Shown: in pieces, positions 1-8,730 of the stretch | Layout: each line of letters starts with the position of its first letter | How positions within the stretch are numbered: position 1 is the stretch's first letter | From: Opitutales bacterium | GTDB taxonomy: Bacteria; Verrucomicrobiota; Verrucomicrobiia; Opitutales; PNEW01 | DNA length: 32,000 bases | Assembly: GCA_965219535.1 (NCBI GenBank) | Contig: CBDCNV010000001.1 | Location: 1 to 32,000, forward strand | Direction of reading: 5' to 3' | The notes under the pieces: model-generated | Seen by the model: the letters and a program-made list of their open reading frames with translations, nothing else | Database searches by the model: none | What the model was told of the DNA's origin: nothing | Position numbers and translations under genes: made by a program

Positions 1-542
1 TCCGGGATAGACGATCACTAGACATATTGGGGCTCCGCTGGGTATTGGCCGGAAGAGTAGTTGGCACGGTAATCGCGGTTTCCGTGATTGCAGTGATTTC
101 TCAAGAGAAATTCACGATTTTATTCGCAGTGCTCGTCCTGTTGGCAGTAATAATCAGCGCACTCGGTTTCCATATACGCGCTACGACACCGAATGTCCTC
201 TTAGCAGGAACCCTATCAGGTTTCATGGGCACTACTTCGGCGATGGGAGCTCCCCCCCTGGCCTTGGTTTATCAGGATGAACCGGGAGCGCGACTGCGCA
301 GTACTCTCTCGGGTGTCTTCATCGTGGGTATTACCATCTCCCTGAGTGCACTTTATTTTATCGGGCGTTTGGGAATTACGGAACTTCTACTATCAATAAC
401 CCTGGTCCCTGGAGTGCTTCTGGGATATGTAATATCGATTAGAACGGCATCCATAGTTGACCGACAGTCAGTCCGGCCCCTGGTTTTACTGCTTTCCAGC
501 GCCGCCGCAATTGCCGTTCTTATTCGCTCATTTATAGGATAG
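1..542 (+). CDS. TSUP (TauE/SafE) family membrane permease, 5'-partial
   Basis: The reading frame is open from the window edge, with no stop before the listed TTG at 27, so the gene starts upstream. The 171 aa are almost all hydrophobic helices with Gly-rich segments (LLAGTLSGFMGTTSAMGAPPLALVY), as in the C-terminal half of ~250-aa TSUP permeases. Motif-level call only. Confidence 0.55.
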   Translation, partial: RDRRSLDILGLRWVLAGRVVGTVIAVSVIAVISQEKFTILFAVLVLLAVIISALGFHIRATTPNVLLAGTLSGFMGTTSAMGAPPLALVYQDEPGARLRSTLSGVFIVGITISLSALYFIGRLGITELLLSITLVPGVLLGYVISIRTASIVDRQSVRPLVLLLSSAAAIAVLIRSFIG

Positions 543-556
543 TATATTTATTCAGG

Positions 557-829
557 CTACTTTGAGTGAATAGGTGGTCCAATTTCAAAATATACTGGAT
601 ACCATTTATCAAGTTTCCTCACAAAGTATATCCCTTTTGCATAATCTAAATTTTGTCCTTTATTCTTTTCATATCCTACAACCGCGATCCCATGATTTGC
701 CCCAATGGGGAACCAGCTGTCATACGGTACTCCTGAAGGCATATTGTGTACTCTCTTTACATTTTTATTGGCGGCCGTAAAAACGAATGCGCTGGCGAGT
801 ATTAAGAGAAGAACGGTTATTTTTTTCAT
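557..829 (-). CDS. small secreted hypothetical protein
   Basis: 90-aa ORF with a classical N-terminal signal peptide (MKKITVLLLILASAFVFTAA). No recognisable catalytic motif. Confidence 0.45.
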   Translation of the reverse strand: MKKITVLLLILASAFVFTAANKNVKRVHNMPSGVPYDSWFPIGANHGIAVVGYEKNKGQNLDYAKGIYFVRKLDKWYPVYFEIGPPIHSK

Positions 830-974
830 ATTATTCCTGGTGTTTGAGTGATCGATTTGACAGATAATTTAAGGAGATCCCATCTCAAGAATTGATCCAG
901 CATTATTGCGCGTGATCACGATTCAATCTCGTATTGTGCAGGTGAGTCGGTAACCATATATTCGACTATTAAAT

Positions 975-1463
975 ATGATTCCCTCTCGAGAAGAAGCCCC
1001 TATCAAATGTTTTTCCATCGCTGCTTATGTATGCCGGGGCACGGATAGCGGTATGGACGTGCTCCTGATAAGGCGAAACACCGGTTACCTTGGCGACACC
1101 TGGCAGATAATCTCTGGAAAGATCGAAAAAGGAGAGACAGCTTGGCAAGCTGCATTGCGAGAAATCCATGAGGAGACAGGAATTAGTCCTGATAGGTTCT
1201 ACTCCGCTGATAGGCTTGAGAGTTTTTATGAAGTGAGCCAAAACTGCATCAACATAGCTCCCATCTTTGTAGGATTTATAGATTCTGAGCAGCCCGTAGT
1301 CCTCTCATCCGAACATCGCGAATTCAAGTGGGTTCCATACACTGATGTTTCCAATTATGTGAGTTTTAACCACCAGGCTGAAACGTGCCAATGGATTTCT
1401 GAGAGATTTATTGCTCATGAACCATTTGATTTTCTAAGGATCAAAACTGAACCAGACGTGTGA
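975..1463 (+). CDS. NUDIX hydrolase
   Basis: Complete Nudix box GKIEKGETAWQAALREIHEETGI (G-x5-E-x7-REUxEExGU). Confidence 0.85.
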   Translation: MIPSREEAPIKCFSIAAYVCRGTDSGMDVLLIRRNTGYLGDTWQIISGKIEKGETAWQAALREIHEETGISPDRFYSADRLESFYEVSQNCINIAPIFVGFIDSEQPVVLSSEHREFKWVPYTDVSNYVSFNHQAETCQWISERFIAHEPFDFLRIKTEPDV

Positions 1464-1533
1464 GGCAGCGACTTACTGGTTAACTCAAAATTCAACAACA
1501 GAAGAAAAATGACGATCTCCTCGTTGTTATTTT

Positions 1534-2157
1534 TTGCTACCACTGAAGCTTCCATTCGGGGTAAAATTGCTAATGCCTGAAATAAAACCCGCCCATAACC
1601 AACCCGACGATCGTTTCGGATATTCCTGCTATTCGCTGGTATTAATCGCTCCAGAAGACACCATAGCTAAGGTTAATGCCATTAAGCGTGATTCAGGAAT
1701 GACTATCGCGCATATACCTGCGCATATCACTATCAAAGGTACCTTTTACGGAATTGAGAGTTTGGATAACTTGAAACAAACCATACGCTCAATAACCAGT
1801 ACCACAAAATCTTTTTATGTAGGTTTAAAGGGATCCAGATTGAACTGGGGCAGTAAAGGTGGAGGATTATCGATACCGGTAACTCCTAAGATGCAAGAGT
1901 TCCATGACGCATTGGTCGAGGCAGTTTCACCATTGGGAATCGCAGCTTATCAAGATGATCCTTATCACGCACATATGACTTTCGTTTATGAATCAACCAC
2001 CGAAGGTCTCGAGAAATCTAAAGAGCAAACAGCAAAATCAGCTTTCGGTGACGGTTTCTTGGCGAAGTCCGTAGAACTGGTGGGAAGACAAGGAAAGGCG
2101 TATGGAGGTGAATGGAAATTAATTGAAAGCTTTCCACTGGCTAAAAAAGATATATAA
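1534..2157 (+). CDS. 2H phosphoesterase superfamily protein (LigT / cyclic phosphodiesterase-like)
   Basis: Two H-x-T/S-x motifs at the spacing expected for the 2H fold (HITIKG and HMTFVY). The true start is probably the ATG at 1573 (MPEIKPA...) rather than the TTG at 1534. Confidence 0.6.
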   Translation: MLPLKLPFGVKLLMPEIKPAHNQPDDRFGYSCYSLVLIAPEDTIAKVNAIKRDSGMTIAHIPAHITIKGTFYGIESLDNLKQTIRSITSTTKSFYVGLKGSRLNWGSKGGGLSIPVTPKMQEFHDALVEAVSPLGIAAYQDDPYHAHMTFVYESTTEGLEKSKEQTAKSAFGDGFLAKSVELVGRQGKAYGGEWKLIESFPLAKKDI

Positions 2158-2938
2158 GTCTCACTTAAACCCGTTCAATGGTGTGTCTTTCGATTCATTA
2201 GTTTCCGAAGCGCTGAATCACAAAATTTCCGGCTGGGACTTTTCCTATATAGAAGAAAGATCCCTGGTGGAAGATATCAGCTGGAATTACCGGGAGATTG
2301 TATCCAGCAGATTTAAGCCTGACATAACTTTACTGGACATGGGAACGGGCGGTGGTGAGCTTTTGTCATCATTCAGTGGCTTACCCGAGAATACGTTTGC
2401 CACAGAGGGCTACCCTCCCAATATCTCTGTCGCCCGTAAAAGACTGGAGTCACTGGGTATTCAGGTCGTCGAGGTATCAGAGGATCTCACCTTACCTTTT
2501 GATGACAAGCTCTTTGACTTAGTCATCAATCGTCATGAAGCCCATTCATCCGACGAAGTTTATCGCATTCTGAAAGATGACGGCCAGTTCATTACTCAGC
2601 AGGTAGGCGGATCAAATAATTTCAGGTTAAACGAGCTCTTACAGGATATCCCGACTAAAAACTTCGAACATTGGGATTTAGACTTCGTTTTAAAGGAGGT
2701 TGAAAATGCAGGGTTTAAAATAGGTGAAAAAAGGGAGGCGTTTTCAAAAACACAATTTCTCGATGTTGGTGCCATTGTATTTTACATTAGGATGACTACC
2801 TACCAGTTTCCCGATTTTTCTATAGATAAATACCACGACGGATTAATTAAAATTCATCAGCATATCCAGGAAAATGGATGCCTTGAGGTTCAGAGCCATC
2901 GTTTCTATTTTGAAGCATATAAACCTTCTCTCAGCTGA
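2123..2938 (+). CDS. class I SAM-dependent methyltransferase
   Basis: SAM-binding motif I LLDMGTGGGELL, followed by an acidic post-I residue and a DLVINRHE-type motif. The start is uncertain (TTG at 2123 overlapping the upstream gene, or GTG at 2183). Confidence 0.75.
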   Translation: MKAFHWLKKIYKSHLNPFNGVSFDSLVSEALNHKISGWDFSYIEERSLVEDISWNYREIVSSRFKPDITLLDMGTGGGELLSSFSGLPENTFATEGYPPNISVARKRLESLGIQVVEVSEDLTLPFDDKLFDLVINRHEAHSSDEVYRILKDDGQFITQQVGGSNNFRLNELLQDIPTKNFEHWDLDFVLKEVENAGFKIGEKREAFSKTQFLDVGAIVFYIRMTTYQFPDFSIDKYHDGLIKIHQHIQENGCLEVQSHRFYFEAYKPSLS

Positions 2939-2997
2939 TGATAAAAATTCGATACAGTCGGTATTATAGTACATTCATTTAACCGTTACATATTCAG

Positions 2998-3762
2998 ATG
3001 AACGAATATAGAATGTTATGTACCGAGATGTATGATCTCGATAAACCAAGTGCTCCGGAGGATGCTTTATCTTTTTATATTTACTACGCAGAAAAAGCTA
3101 AAGGACCCGTGTTAGCACCGATGTGTGGCACGGGCCGATTTCTGATTCCGCTATCGGAGAGAGGTTTTTCCATAGATGGATTCGACAACTCTGTATATAT
3201 GTTAGAAACCTGTAAAAGAAAGTGTGAGACTAAGCAACTTAATGCAAATTTATGGAACGCGAATTTAGAAAATTTTGATGCTGGCAGGAAGTATTCTCTG
3301 ATTCTTATCCCATCGGGTTCGTATGGGTTAATAATCTGTGACGATGCTGTAGCAAAAAGTTTAAAAAATCTGAAAGACCATCTTTTGCCGGGTGGCACCC
3401 TTGTCCTGGAAATCGAGACCCCTTCAATTAAACCCGATAACTCTGTTGAATGGACCGAATCTAAGAGAAGAAAAAGAAAAAATGGGGACATCATAGTCGA
3501 AAATGTTAAAACGAGCTATGATACAGAAAAAAGATTGGCGATTTTTCATCTCCGGTATGAATTATTGACTGGGAATAAAATTGTTGAAACCGAGTGCATG
3601 GATTTAGTCACACGTTTATATTACCTCGAAGAATTTAAAGACATTCTTAAAGCTAATGGTTTTAAAAAAATTAAATCATTAAAAGCATACGATCACACTA
3701 CACCGAGCATAGAAGATGGGACAGTCGCTTTCGAATGCAAATTACCATTCTTGAGAAAATGA
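2998..3762 (+). CDS. class I SAM-dependent methyltransferase
   Basis: Motif I VLAPMCGTGRFLIPL with downstream IDGFDNS and LLPGGTLVLE motifs typical of the Rossmann methyltransferase fold. Confidence 0.75.
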   Translation: MNEYRMLCTEMYDLDKPSAPEDALSFYIYYAEKAKGPVLAPMCGTGRFLIPLSERGFSIDGFDNSVYMLETCKRKCETKQLNANLWNANLENFDAGRKYSLILIPSGSYGLIICDDAVAKSLKNLKDHLLPGGTLVLEIETPSIKPDNSVEWTESKRRKRKNGDIIVENVKTSYDTEKRLAIFHLRYELLTGNKIVETECMDLVTRLYYLEEFKDILKANGFKKIKSLKAYDHTTPSIEDGTVAFECKLPFLRK

Positions 3763-3867
3763 TTGGGTGTTGATCATCATGGCCGAATATATGATCAATC
3801 TACAGGGAATCTGTATGGGGCGGACAAGCCGGATTCATATATCCATACTTGGAACGGATCAGAAAAT

Positions 3868-4203
3868 TGATCGGACTCCGTTTTTCGTACCAATTATTAA
3901 GAGAGAGTTACCGGGTGTTAATGGTTTTAGGAGTGATGGATAGGAGAGATCTTGGCAAAGTGAGAGCGTAGCCCGAACGCGGCCAAGAGCGGAAAGGAAT
4001 CTGACAAACTCTTGCGGGTTTTTAAAGCCTAATCAACTGTGGGGACGTTTTTGGTTGTAGTTGCGACGCCATTGCTCGTTTACCACTTGTGCTTCAGCCA
4101 CGCTAAGCAACACTTCACGGTCCAAACATTGAGCGCTTCGCTATGTCGTCACTACGTTCCTCGGTACATCGCGTAAGCGGTTGTGAAACGATTCGATGTA
4201 ACC
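3868..4203 (-). mobile_element. IS-B: 3' part and right terminus of an IS3-family element (transposase C-terminus, degenerate)
   Basis: The minus-strand translation reads GYIESFHNRLRD ... CLDREVLLSVAEAQVVNEQWRRNYNQKRPHS. This is the C-terminal signature of IS3-family OrfB transposases. It is broken by a ~36-nt insertion (4131-4166) and by stops. The outer tip TGATCGGACTCCG at 3868 recurs at 7127, at 21446 and, reverse-complemented, at 14584. Confidence 0.75.
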
Positions 4204-4402
4204 GACTATGAACGGGACTCAATAATGATTTATAAGCTACTTATTAACAATTATTTACACTTAAATAACGATCCAATAGTAATTTATATTTTCCTCTAAT
4301 TTCCTGACCTTGCCTCAAAATGTTTGGCAGGAATGGGCAGGAATCATATTTTTTGATGATATTCGACCAGGAATCGGCCAAGAATTTTCGAGTGGATTTA
4401 AC
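4203..4402. repeat. R1 repeat, copy 1 (AT-rich, non-coding, ~200 bp)
   Basis: Starts CGACTATGAACGGGACTCAATAATG. Further copies lie at 7998-8197 and 9924-10101, all in the same orientation. A 69-nt stretch (4280-4348) is identical to 8075-8143. It contains a tandem GGCAGGAAT duplication. Confidence 0.9.
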
Positions 4403-4536
4403 GGGGGTAACCCCCAAAAATCGAATCATTTAAAGAGAGAGGTTATCGGGATATGACCTGCTTTCGGTTACTGTATCAGAGTCAGTGTTAGTTCCGGCAG
4501 AGTGGTAAGAGTTTTGATTTGCTAAGAAATGGCTCT

Positions 4537-4959
4537 CTATGCGTATTCGGCTGGAGGCCGATAGCTCAGAGAGCTGTGTGATCCTTGAGTATTATAATCA
4601 AGTCGCCAAGCTTCAAGTTTTTCTTTCGCTTCAGCCAGCGTATAAAATAGCGCCGTGTTAAGAAGTTCATCGCGTAAGCGTCCATTGAAGCTCTCAATAT
4701 AACCATTCTCTACGGGATTGCCTGGGCGAATAAAATCCAGCTCGATGCCGTGGCCATAAGCTCACTGATCCAGTACTTTGCCGATAAACTCGGGCCCATT
4801 ATCGACGGTAATGGTTTGGGGAAGACCGATTCCTGCAGCGGCTTTCATAAGTGCTGCAGCGACTTTGTGCCCACCGATGGACGTATCGGCCAGAAGCAGT
4901 GGGCAAGCTCGAGTGTATTGATCGACAATGGTGAGAATGTTGTTTAACGACAAGTACAC
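4537..4959 (-). pseudogene. IS-A: IS3-family transposase (OrfB, rve core to C-terminus), 5'-truncated with an in-frame stop
   Basis: A single minus-strand frame reads [116 protein letters not shown]. The TGA at 4762-4764 replaces the Trp that is present in the second copy (DQWAYG at 12779-13130). The N-terminal two-thirds is missing. Confidence 0.85.
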
Positions 4960-4980
4960 TAATGCAAATAACTTGCATTA
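4960..4980. promoter_or_regulatory. 21-bp perfect palindrome, candidate operator upstream of the TonB-dependent receptor gene
   Basis: TAATGCAA-ATAAC-TTGCATTA: 8-nt perfect arms with a 5-nt spacer. It lies 69 nt upstream of the ATG at 5049 and overlaps a TTGCAT -35-like hexamer. It sits exactly at the truncation point of the IS-A relic. Confidence 0.35.
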
Positions 4981-5048
4981 TCAGGTTTACTTTACATACA
5001 TAGCTTGCTTCGATTCTCAAGAACGATTTAGAGGGTTAATTTTTTCCT

Positions 5049-7115
5049 ATGAACGTGCTAAAAAGAGTTATACTCACAGGTTTAATACCTGCCTTAGTAA
5101 TTTCTCAGCTTCACGTTCAAGCTGAAGACAGCGATGAAAGAGTCGTTGAACTCAAACAGTATATCGTTTCAGCAGGTCCACTCGTAGATGATATAAAAGA
5201 TATAGCCCTTCCGGCAACCGTCCTTGATAAAAGTACCCTAAAGCGTAGTGCTCAGTCTACCCTGGGAGAGACATTAAGCAACCAGCCAGGGATCAATTCG
5301 AGTTACTTTGGGCCGGGTGCGAGTCGACCCATCATCCGCGGTTTCGATGGCGAACGCGTGCGCGTATTGACCAGTGATATCGACAGTTTCGACGTCTCCA
5401 ACGCCAGTCCCGACCACGCTGTGGGTATTGAACCCCTATTGACCGAACGGGTGGAAATCGTACGCGGAGCAGCGACTTTGCTTTACGGAAATTCGGCCAT
5501 CGGGGGAATCGTCAATGTGATAGGTAAGGATATTCCCCGTGAGAAGCCCGAAGCACCCTTAAGTGGGAATGGAGAATTCCGCTATGGTACGGCAGCGGAT
5601 GAGGTCAGTGGCGTTGTTTCGATTGAAGGAGCGACAGGCAATTTCGCCTGGCATGTCGGCGGCGCTATCCGAGAGTCTGAAGATGTGGAGATACCCGGTA
5701 TTGCCGAGTCGGCCCGGTTTCGCGCGGTGGAAGAAGATGAAAGGGAAGTAGAAGATGAAGTTTCTGGTGTGCTGGAAAACAGCGCAGTTGAAACTGAGAG
5801 CGGAACTGCGGGTTTTGCCTGGTTTTGGGACAAAGGAACCTTCGGCGCCTCGGTCTCCACCTATAACAGCCTGTATGGTGTGCCCGGAAGCCATGGACAT
5901 GAAGAAGAGGAATTGGTTTCCATCGACCTCGAGCAATATCGTTTTGATTTGAGAGCTGAAGTCCGTGAACCGGTACTATTTTTGGAAAGCACTGAATTTC
6001 GTCTCGGGGTAGTGGATTACATGCATACCGAGCTGGAAGGCGACACAGTCGGCACCCAGTTTGATCGAGATGGAATCGAAGCGCGTATTCTCGCAGTGCA
6101 CCAGCCCATGGTGGGATTTAATGGTGTTCTAGGATTTAACTTCAAGCATGATGACTTCGCTGCCTTCGGTGATGAGGCTTTCATCCCCTCAAATGAGACT
6201 TTGAATTGGGCACTATTCATTGTTGAGCGTGCGGAGTTTGACTGGGGATCCTGGGAGTTCGGTTTTCGCTATGAGAATCAGGAAATCGACCCTGGCGAGA
6301 CTGTTTTTCGTAAGGGCGATGAATCCACTCTTAACGTTTCAACTGGACTGGTTTATAATCCCGCCGACGAATGGGCTGTGGCGTCCTCAATCACCTCCTC
6401 CAAACGCGCCCCGAGCGCCACGGAATTGCTGGCTTTTGGATCCCACATCGCGACACAGTCCTTTGAGATAGGGAATACGACGTTGAACCTTGAGGAAGCA
6501 TTTGGTCTTGATCTCTCTCTAAGGAAAATGACGGGATATATAACTGGATCAGTCAATTTTTATTACAACGCTTTCGACAACTTCATCTTTCTAAACGAAC
6601 TCGAACTTGAGGAAGCAGAAACCCGCTTCGGAGAGCTAGAGGCAGAAGGTTTCGGGATATTCGAATACACGGAAAGCGAAGCCACGTTTTACGGTCTGGA
6701 AGCGGAAGCGACAATCCACTTTATCGATACCGAAAGCAAACGCCTTCACCTCATCATGACCTCTGATTTTGTGCGCGCGACGAATGAGTCTATTGATACT
6801 CCGCTTCCGCGTATACCGCCTTGGCGTTTCGGCACGCGACTGGAGCAGGAAACGCCAACCTGGACAGCAGGTATTGCCGTTAGCCACCACGGAGAGCAGG
6901 ACCGTGTGGCACCCGGAGAATTTCTCACCGACAGTTACACTTTCCTCAATGCCGACTTTGCCTACCGCTTGCAATTCAGAAGTGTCGAATGGGAAGTCTT
7001 CGTCATCGGCAAAAATTTAACAGATGCAGAAGGCCGCGTACACTCCTCAGTTTTGAAAGATGTTGCTCCGCTGCCGGGGTGGAATATTACTACCGGTATA
7101 CGTTTAAGTTTTTGA
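5049..7115 (+). CDS. TonB-dependent outer-membrane receptor
   Basis: Signal peptide, then plug-domain motifs (RGFDGERVRVLTSDID, VEIVRGAATLLYGNSAIGGIVNVI). A long beta-barrel region follows, ending in the typical terminal aromatic (TTGIRLSF). There are acidic and His-rich loops: EEDEREVEDE, and HGHEEEE at nt 5892-5912. Confidence 0.9.
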   Translation: MNVLKRVILTGLIPALVISQLHVQAEDSDERVVELKQYIVSAGPLVDDIKDIALPATVLDKSTLKRSAQSTLGETLSNQPGINSSYFGPGASRPIIRGFDGERVRVLTSDIDSFDVSNASPDHAVGIEPLLTERVEIVRGAATLLYGNSAIGGIVNVIGKDIPREKPEAPLSGNGEFRYGTAADEVSGVVSIEGATGNFAWHVGGAIRESEDVEIPGIAESARFRAVEEDEREVEDEVSGVLENSAVETESGTAGFAWFWDKGTFGASVSTYNSLYGVPGSHGHEEEELVSIDLEQYRFDLRAEVREPVLFLESTEFRLGVVDYMHTELEGDTVGTQFDRDGIEARILAVHQPMVGFNGVLGFNFKHDDFAAFGDEAFIPSNETLNWALFIVERAEFDWGSWEFGFRYENQEIDPGETVFRKGDESTLNVSTGLVYNPADEWAVASSITSSKRAPSATELLAFGSHIATQSFEIGNTTLNLEEAFGLDLSLRKMTGYITGSVNFYYNAFDNFIFLNELELEEAETRFGELEAEGFGIFEYTESEATFYGLEAEATIHFIDTESKRLHLIMTSDFVRATNESIDTPLPRIPPWRFGTRLEQETPTWTAGIAVSHHGEQDRVAPGEFLTDSYTFLNADFAYRLQFRSVEWEVFVIGKNLTDAEGRVHSSVLKDVAPLPGWNITTGIRLSF

Positions 7116-7126
7116 CCTAAATAACC

Positions 7127-7246
7127 TGATTGGACCCCGTTATTCGAATCAATTATTAAGAGAGAGAGTTACGGGGTGTTAATGGTTTAAGGAGTGATGT
7201 ATATGAGAGATCTTGGCGCAATGAGGGCGTAGCCCGAATGCAGCCC
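7127..7246 (-). mobile_element. IS-B right-terminal fragment (~120 bp)
   Basis: TGATTGGACCCCGTTATTCGAATCAATTATTAAGAGAGAG... aligns with 3868-3987 and with the reverse complement of about 14465-14584. It starts 11 nt after the receptor stop codon. Confidence 0.7.
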
Positions 7247-7361
7247 GAGCCTTGACTTCCTCTACCAACTTAACTTCACCTTGATCCTTGAACTACTTCG
7301 AGATGCTCTGATTTTACTAACTCAAGTTACTAAATCCCAAAATTTAATGAAAAAATAAGAG

Positions 7362-7955
7362 ATGGCAGAGTATTATCCGATTAAGACTAAACCAAAATAT
7401 GACAACTTGGAAAAATTTAATCTTATTGTTTACAGTATATATCCAAGTTTAATACCGAAAGGTAAAAATTTTCATATCTATTTTGCTGAAATCCCCAAAA
7501 ATGGACAACAAAAAAGCAAGATAAAGTTTCTCAAATTAGCGGAGAAGGCTCTCACGCAATTATCTAAAATGCAAGGGCCTGTAGAAACTTTTTCAGAGAT
7601 CTTACGCTCAATTGTGGAAGATAAAGAAATTTATGAGTATCAGTATGGCGTATTTTTTATGCTGTATGCTCAATTCCAGCAGAAATATGAAATAGAAGAC
7701 GACCGAGAACATAAACAAACGGCTAAAAAGATGGAAGAACTTCTTGAAGATGACCAGGGTATGTTAAAGATTTACAAAAGAGGTAGCACAATGAGAAAAG
7801 ACCCCCTCCCGATTTATATTAGAAATGCCATCGCCCACTACGGAACAAATAAAGAAAATACATTTACATCACAGGAACTCAAAGCATCTATTGATTTCTT
7901 AAGAAAATCAGTAAACAAAGATAAGACAGAAATCAAAGATGAGATATCTAAGTGA
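7362..7955 (+). CDS. hypothetical protein with a C-terminal HEPN-type R-N-x3-H motif (putative RNase / Abi-like toxin)
   Basis: 197-aa, K/E-rich, predicted helical ORF in a visibly AT-rich segment. IRNAIAHYG at aa 153-161 (R154 = nt 7821-7823, H159 = nt 7836-7838) matches the HEPN catalytic signature R[NHQ]xxxH in the usual C-proximal position. No partner ORF is evident. Confidence 0.5.
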   Translation: MAEYYPIKTKPKYDNLEKFNLIVYSIYPSLIPKGKNFHIYFAEIPKNGQQKSKIKFLKLAEKALTQLSKMQGPVETFSEILRSIVEDKEIYEYQYGVFFMLYAQFQQKYEIEDDREHKQTAKKMEELLEDDQGMLKIYKRGSTMRKDPLPIYIRNAIAHYGTNKENTFTSQELKASIDFLRKSVNKDKTEIKDEISK

Positions 7956-7974
7956 CTCTTAGCTCATGTTAACA

Positions 7975-7999
7975 GTTGTGAAACGACTCGATGAAACCG
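7975..7999 (-). mobile_element. IS-B internal scrap (codons GFIESFHN)
   Basis: GTTGTGAAACGACTCGATGAAACC aligns with 4180-4203 of the other IS-B copy. It abuts R1 in the same way as in that copy. Confidence 0.6.
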
Positions 8000-8197
8000 A
8001 CTATGAACGGGACTCAATAATGCCTTATAAACTGCTTATTAACAATTAGTTACACTTAAATAACGGTACAATAATAATTTATATTTTCCTCTAATTTCCT
8101 GACCTTGCCTCAAAATGTTTGGCAGGAATGGGCAGGAATCATACTTTTTTGGTGATCTTCAGCCAGGAAACGGGCAAGAATTTTAGTGTGGATTTAA
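7998..8197. repeat. R1 repeat, copy 2
   Basis: Near-identical to copy 1 (see 4203-4402). The flanking IS-B scrap is also shared, so copies 1 and 2 derive from one duplicated IS-B/R1 junction. Confidence 0.9.
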
Positions 8198-8730
8198 TAA
8201 TATCGATTAAGTGACCCTTGTGTTGGAAACAATGAATTTATGCGCCCAGTAGAGGCAAGTTTAATCACAACTGGACCTGTGGTGACACCTGACAATGCTG
8301 TCTGACCCGCCTTTGTCCGCGATAACGAGGTGTTTTAGGTTGTATTGCCGGGCTTGCTATAAAGCTGCTGTACAGACACCCATCACGACGTCGAACCATC
8401 ATATAGAGGATCGCTTGGAGGTTTCCTTCAGCTTTCTACTGGACATGGGCTCCTTTATTGCGCAAGTGTGTTGTAGAGTCTAGAGTCATATTGAAATCAA
8501 TCAATTGTCCGTGTTTACTATACGTTATCGTTGTGTATCACATGTGCCAAGCCAGGAATACATTACGCAAACCCTTTTCAAGGATTACCATGATTTTACC
8601 AACATTGCTGTTCATACCACTTTCTCTTACCCTTTCAATATTTTGCCAGCTTTGTGCTGTGGTCAGATAGTAGGACCGAATCATTTTGAGGCCAATTAAT
8701 GCGTAGGCAACTCCTACATCGCTTGCCTAG

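Noticed and set aside
4244-4429. A 61-aa ORF inside R1 copy 1 as a conserved small protein of the repeat.
   Set aside because: The equivalent frames in R1 copies 2 and 3 are interrupted by stops and indels. The conservation is therefore at the nucleotide level, not the protein level.
5559-7020. Long ORFs antisense or out of frame within the TonB receptor gene: 5559-5936, 5582-5860, 6636-6974 and others. Similar shadow ORFs lie inside the Sel1, RloC-like, phosphoesterase, SDR and GNAT genes (for example 16352-16864, 19844-20206, 24118-24444, 27838-28209).
   Set aside because: Each lies wholly inside a longer ORF with clear family motifs. Each has low-complexity or Ser/Pro/Arg-rich composition typical of frame shadows, and none has start-site context.
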